Positions 60,801 to 64,000 of a stretch of 64,000 nt of DNA are shown one piece after another. Position 1 is the stretch's first letter, and the number at the start of each line of letters is the position of its first letter. The notes under the pieces were generated by a model. The model was given only the letters and a program-made list of their open reading frames with translations, was not told the origin of the DNA and ran no database searches. Position numbers and translations under genes: made by a program. The DNA lies in the NCBI GenBank assembly GCA_000004985.1, contig GG738877.1. The stretch is one strand, 5' to 3'. This stretch comes from Naegleria gruberi (taxonomy: Eukaryota).

Positions 60801-61380
60801 GAAAGTCTTTGAGAAATAGTTTAAATGGAACATCAAGTAATTCTTTTGGATTTGTAAATAATTGAGAGAGTGTTGGTTTGATGAGAAAGGATTGACTATA
60901 TTCTCCATCATTTTCTGTATGATTAGATGATTTCAATGATATGGTTTTGTGATAATTTGATAATTGATAAAGAGGTCCACTATGATCATCAAATATAACT
61001 ATTCAATTTTGAGAGTTTAGAATAAATATTTAGTTAGTCACACCATTCAACAGTTTAGAATGTGGTTGATTTTGTTGATATTTCATACAATATATAGTAA
61101 TAATAATATTATTTAATCATGTTGATGATGAAATGTTGTTTTTTGTAGACAGGTGATGAAATATTTGAATGTTTGTTCGTTAAAATTTCAATTATTATGA
61201 TGCAAGCACATTAAACAACATACCATCTGTTACAAAACCCAATTCATTCAATTGGATACATCCAAATCTAACATGTTCATTCTTTGGTGTGTTATTCTTA
61301 CTGAAGGTAAATTGAATTTCCAAAGCATCATTAGGAGGGAGAGCAACTGATGATGAATTGCTATCACCGAGGTGAGACAT
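57818..61380 (-). CDS. Uncharacterised protein of about 1065 aa with a single C-terminal C2 domain. Five exons on the minus strand: 61380..61224, 60998..60306, 60249..58266, 58225..58097, 58052..57818.
   Basis: The C2 domain is split by two introns: LMVKIIKAVDLPAHNNDK|SDPYVVAKFDDGKKEVNKKKTSLFITDPIKKCLNPVWNQSFM|IKLIGDIKADTRVLAFHMYDKESISKDNYMGLVSVNMKDI (canonical SDPYV and NPxWN motifs). The roughly 950-aa N-terminal part (MSHLGDSNSS...; ...GTHHNSGVKYFYFEISH...; acidic DDDDEDEGF) matches no family I can name. There is no signal peptide, TM segment or coiled coil. Confidence 0.65.
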
Positions 61381-61615
61381 TTTATTTGGGAATTTTGTTT
61401 GTACTGAAACAGAGCTGCAGGTAAGGATTGATTGCTGACATGATGCAGTGAATCATTCTTCAGTGATGAAGAATATTTGTCCTTCTTTGCCTATTCGATA
61501 CACGTAATAAATGAAGTAAGGAACAAGCAGTGATTGCTAATCGTTGAAGTTCTCTCCAGAGCAGTGCAGTGCACATGGGTGAGTATTATCATGCTAAATA
61601 GTAGTAATCAATCAA

Positions 61616-62131
61616 TTATTTACTTTTAATTGATTTTTCACAGACAGCCATTGCTTCATGAAGGGTTTTAAATGTTGGAAAACCACATGCCAATGCATGG
61701 AGAGCGTAGGACCACTGAACGGAGGCATCTCTCACCTCCATTGCATTGTATTCCTTCTCCATCTTGTTGAAAAACTTTTCAATCTGAACATAACAAACAA
61801 TAGACTCGATAACATGAAGGGAAATAGCAATGTACCAAATCCAGACCAAATAGATCTGCTGGCTAGCCAATACGGAGAAGAGAGAAGGTAATATTGGGAA
61901 TTGATTCAAGTCGTGATGAAAGGCAACAATCGTATGAAAAATCATTCCAAACACCAAGAGTAAACACAATGGAATTTGACCAAAATTAAATTGTAAGGTT
62001 ACTGATGGTTGTATCGATGCGGATGATGAAGATGTTATAACATCTGGAGTGTTCGATTTGTTCATTGTTGTGGATGAAGAAGTTGATGGTTTAATCTTCT
62101 TCTCATCACTCACGTCTTCAAATCTAACCAT
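61616..62131 (-). CDS. Small multipass membrane protein (171 aa, 3-4 predicted TM helices), function unknown.
   Basis: The ATG is at 62131. Hydrophobic stretches are IPLCLLLVFGMIFHTIVAF, ILPSLFSVLASQQIYLVWIWYIAISLHVIESIVCY and WSYALHALACGFPTF. The N-terminus is S/T-rich. Confidence 0.45.
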   Translation of the reverse strand: MVRFEDVSDEKKIKPSTSSSTTMNKSNTPDVITSSSSASIQPSVTLQFNFGQIPLCLLLVFGMIFHTIVAFHHDLNQFPILPSLFSVLASQQIYLVWIWYIAISLHVIESIVCYVQIEKFFNKMEKEYNAMEVRDASVQWSYALHALACGFPTFKTLHEAMAVCEKSIKSK

Positions 62132-62213
62132 TTTTTTATTTTAAAATATTTTTTTAAATCTAAAATTGTAACGGTAACTCAATTTTGGTGGTAATTCGAA
62201 ATTAAAGATAGAA

Positions 62214-64000
62214 TTATTTATTCATGTAGGTGTTGACTTGTTCTGTGATGGAATTCAAATCTAAGCCTAATAGGGTGGCAATTTTCTGACCGATATCAGT
62301 ATTTTCTTGATTTCCATTGAAGAGAGTTGAAGAAGGTCCATAACTGTAAACATTCACATCGACTGCAGTGTGACCACGAGTGGTAAATCCAATTCTAGCT
62401 CTTCTATTAATGACTTCATCAATGGCAAATAAGAATGGTGTTCTAATTGTTTGCATAATGTTAAATTCATCCATTGTAAGATCTGGAATACCATATGTAT
62501 TCAAAATTGAGGCAACTTGAGCAAAGTCAGTAGTGTTAGTAATTTTAGAGGCAATATATTCAGTTGACTTGGTAACTGCTCTAATCTTTTCAGTGTAGAA
62601 AATATATTGGTTAACATAATCGACATCTCTATTAATTGTTACACCTCCAGTTTCATGATCAGCAGTTGAAACAACTAAGGTATCTGGATTTTCCTTAATA
62701 TAATCCATTACATATTGGAATGCTTCATTATATTCGGTAACTTCTTGCCACTGACAGGAAATATCATTGGCATGGGCACTTTATGAATTATTAGTAAATA
62801 TTGAGAGTTGAATAACATACCAATGGTCAATTCTTGATCCTTCGACCATGAGGAAGAAACCACGATTCTTTTCAGTGCTTTCCTTTGTAATAAGTTGGAG
62901 TGCCTTCTTGGTCATTTCTGTAAGAGTTGGTTCCTTTTCAATTTCTTCATCATCTCTATCAATATTACTATTAATTTCCAACTTTTAATGAGAAAAGAAA
63001 TCATTAAATAACACATACTATTTCATTTCTTCCAAAGCAAATAATCCAAGAATTGGTAATTTTTCAATCTTGCTCAATTCATTTCTATTTTCAACATATT
63101 GATATCCAAGATCTTTGGCTGTCTATGAAAATTATTAAATTATTTAAAGATTTTTGAAAACTCACAGAAATGACGTCTGTTGAATCTTTTCTTTGACTTC
63201 CATCTGATTCCTTTGGTAAAAAGTATGCTCTGCCACCTCCCATCAATAAATCAACACCATATTTCTTAGTAGAGGTTCCAAAAATGTCAGATAACTGTTT
63301 AATTTGTTGGAAGGCAATGGTATCTTGTTTGTTTCTATGATCAACGTGTGCAGAAAATGCAGCTGGAGTAGCATCTGTCACAGGATTAGTAGCTACAAGT
63401 CCAGTAACCATTCCCTTCTTAATAGCAGCTTCCAACAATGTTCCACATCTAATTCCAATTCAATTCCAATTGATCAAATCAATAAACTTACGGTTTCTTA
63501 TTCTTATCAACTCCAATTGCATTATTGTAGGTCTTTTGTGCACATGAGAATGCAGTTGCTCCAGCAGCACTATTCAATCATTTCAATAAGAAGAAGATTC
63601 AATAAATATCCACAGAATTTTTCCACAATACACACATGAGCATTAGTAGGTCTATACTTACCTATCAGTGACATCAGAGGAGGATGAGTAAGTTTTTGAA
63701 GACCCAACCAAATACTTGTCCAATGCAAGTGTTGTGATTTTAGATGCTGAATTCTTCATCATGTATCGAGCAAAACTTTGGGCAGCAGGACCGAAACCAT
63801 CTGATAGTAGAATAAATTAATAGTATTGTGATGGATAATGAAAAAGTAGTTAGTACTAACCTCCAATCATGACTATCAGATAAATAGATAGTATTATTAT
63901 AATTATTATTGAAAATGATCATTAAACAGTTCAATCACAATGAATTATCATTATTCACAAACTTACAAATAATATTCCTTGGTTTTTGAGTAGTGTCAAC
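62214..64000 (-). CDS. Alkaline phosphatase family protein. Multi-exon, at least six, with blocks 62214..~62780, ~62822..~62990, ~63095..63445, ~63490..63568 and ~63655..63800. The N-terminal exon(s) and start are ambiguous and probably partly beyond the window end.
   Basis: DGFGPAAQSFARYMM aligns with LGDGMGVSTVTAARIL. KTYSSSSDVTDS|AAGATAFSCAQKTYNNAIGVD aligns with [52 protein letters not shown] aligns with [43 protein letters not shown] aligns with GFFLLVEGGRIDHGHHE. STADHETGG aligns with TADHSH. KNQGILF| at 63970 is followed by gtaagt and resembles AKNVILF upstream of LGDGMG, but I could not reconcile its phase with the next exon. Confidence 0.75.

Noticed and set aside
63740-63934. MIIFNNNYNNTIYLSDSHDWR… as the alkaline phosphatase start exon
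   Set aside because: No canonical donor joins it in-frame to the DGFGPAAQ exon. A better N-terminal candidate (…KNQGILF|gtaagt at about 63970, matching AKNVILF of alkaline phosphatases) runs off the window. The true 5' end is therefore left open and not asserted.
1-64000. Prokaryotic or phage interpretation (operons, defence islands, CRISPR)
   Set aside because: The genes are interrupted by GT…AG introns that restore frames across conserved motifs. Products such as dynein, exocyst, exportin, PDK1 and MAPK are eukaryote-specific. No direct-repeat or spacer arrays, RBS-coupled operons or phage structural genes were seen.

Overview
This window is nuclear genomic DNA from an AT-rich eukaryote, not a prokaryotic or phage locus. 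It holds about 27 protein-coding genes on both strands. Introns are spliceosomal, with GTAAGT/GTATGT/GTAGGT donors and (Y)AG acceptors. Most introns are very short (roughly 37-80 nt); a few are AT-rich and 200-230 nt long. N/Q/K/E low-complexity tails are common, and neighbouring genes share short divergent or tandem intergenic regions. Four genes are long and intron-poor: a 12.6 kb dynein heavy chain, a 3.3 kb receptor kinase, RIO2 and NOP9. The confident products are an NHL-repeat receptor kinase, a MAPK, exportin-T, exocyst Sec6, PDK1, DcpS, a two-ring AAA ATPase, an F-box/Ras-like pseudo-GTPase, DUS2, the IFT dynein-2 heavy chain, NOP9, RIO2, a FANCM/Mph1-like helicase, PA2G4/EBP1, a Fuzzy/Mon1-like longin protein, mitochondrial-type HslV, TXNDC17 (WCPDC), a TPH-like coiled-coil protein, PPP4R4, an acyl-CoA oxidase, a large protein with a C-terminal C2 domain, and an alkaline phosphatase that runs off the window end. 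Dynein-2, the Fuzzy-like gene and the TPH-like gene together with HslV argue for a ciliated or flagellated protist with mitochondria; I cannot name the species. I found no CRISPR array, rRNA or tRNA, and no intact mobile element. The one clearly non-genic structure is an ORF-free 1.2 kb divergent intergenic region (51393-52593) that contains a diverged tandem duplication, a candidate ncRNA pair or repeat relic. Exon boundaries are hand-inferred from frame continuity, splice-site consensus and remembered homolog alignments, so they are approximate. The supplied ORF track translates TTG/GTG/CTG starts as M, so its 'M' positions are not reliable start codons.
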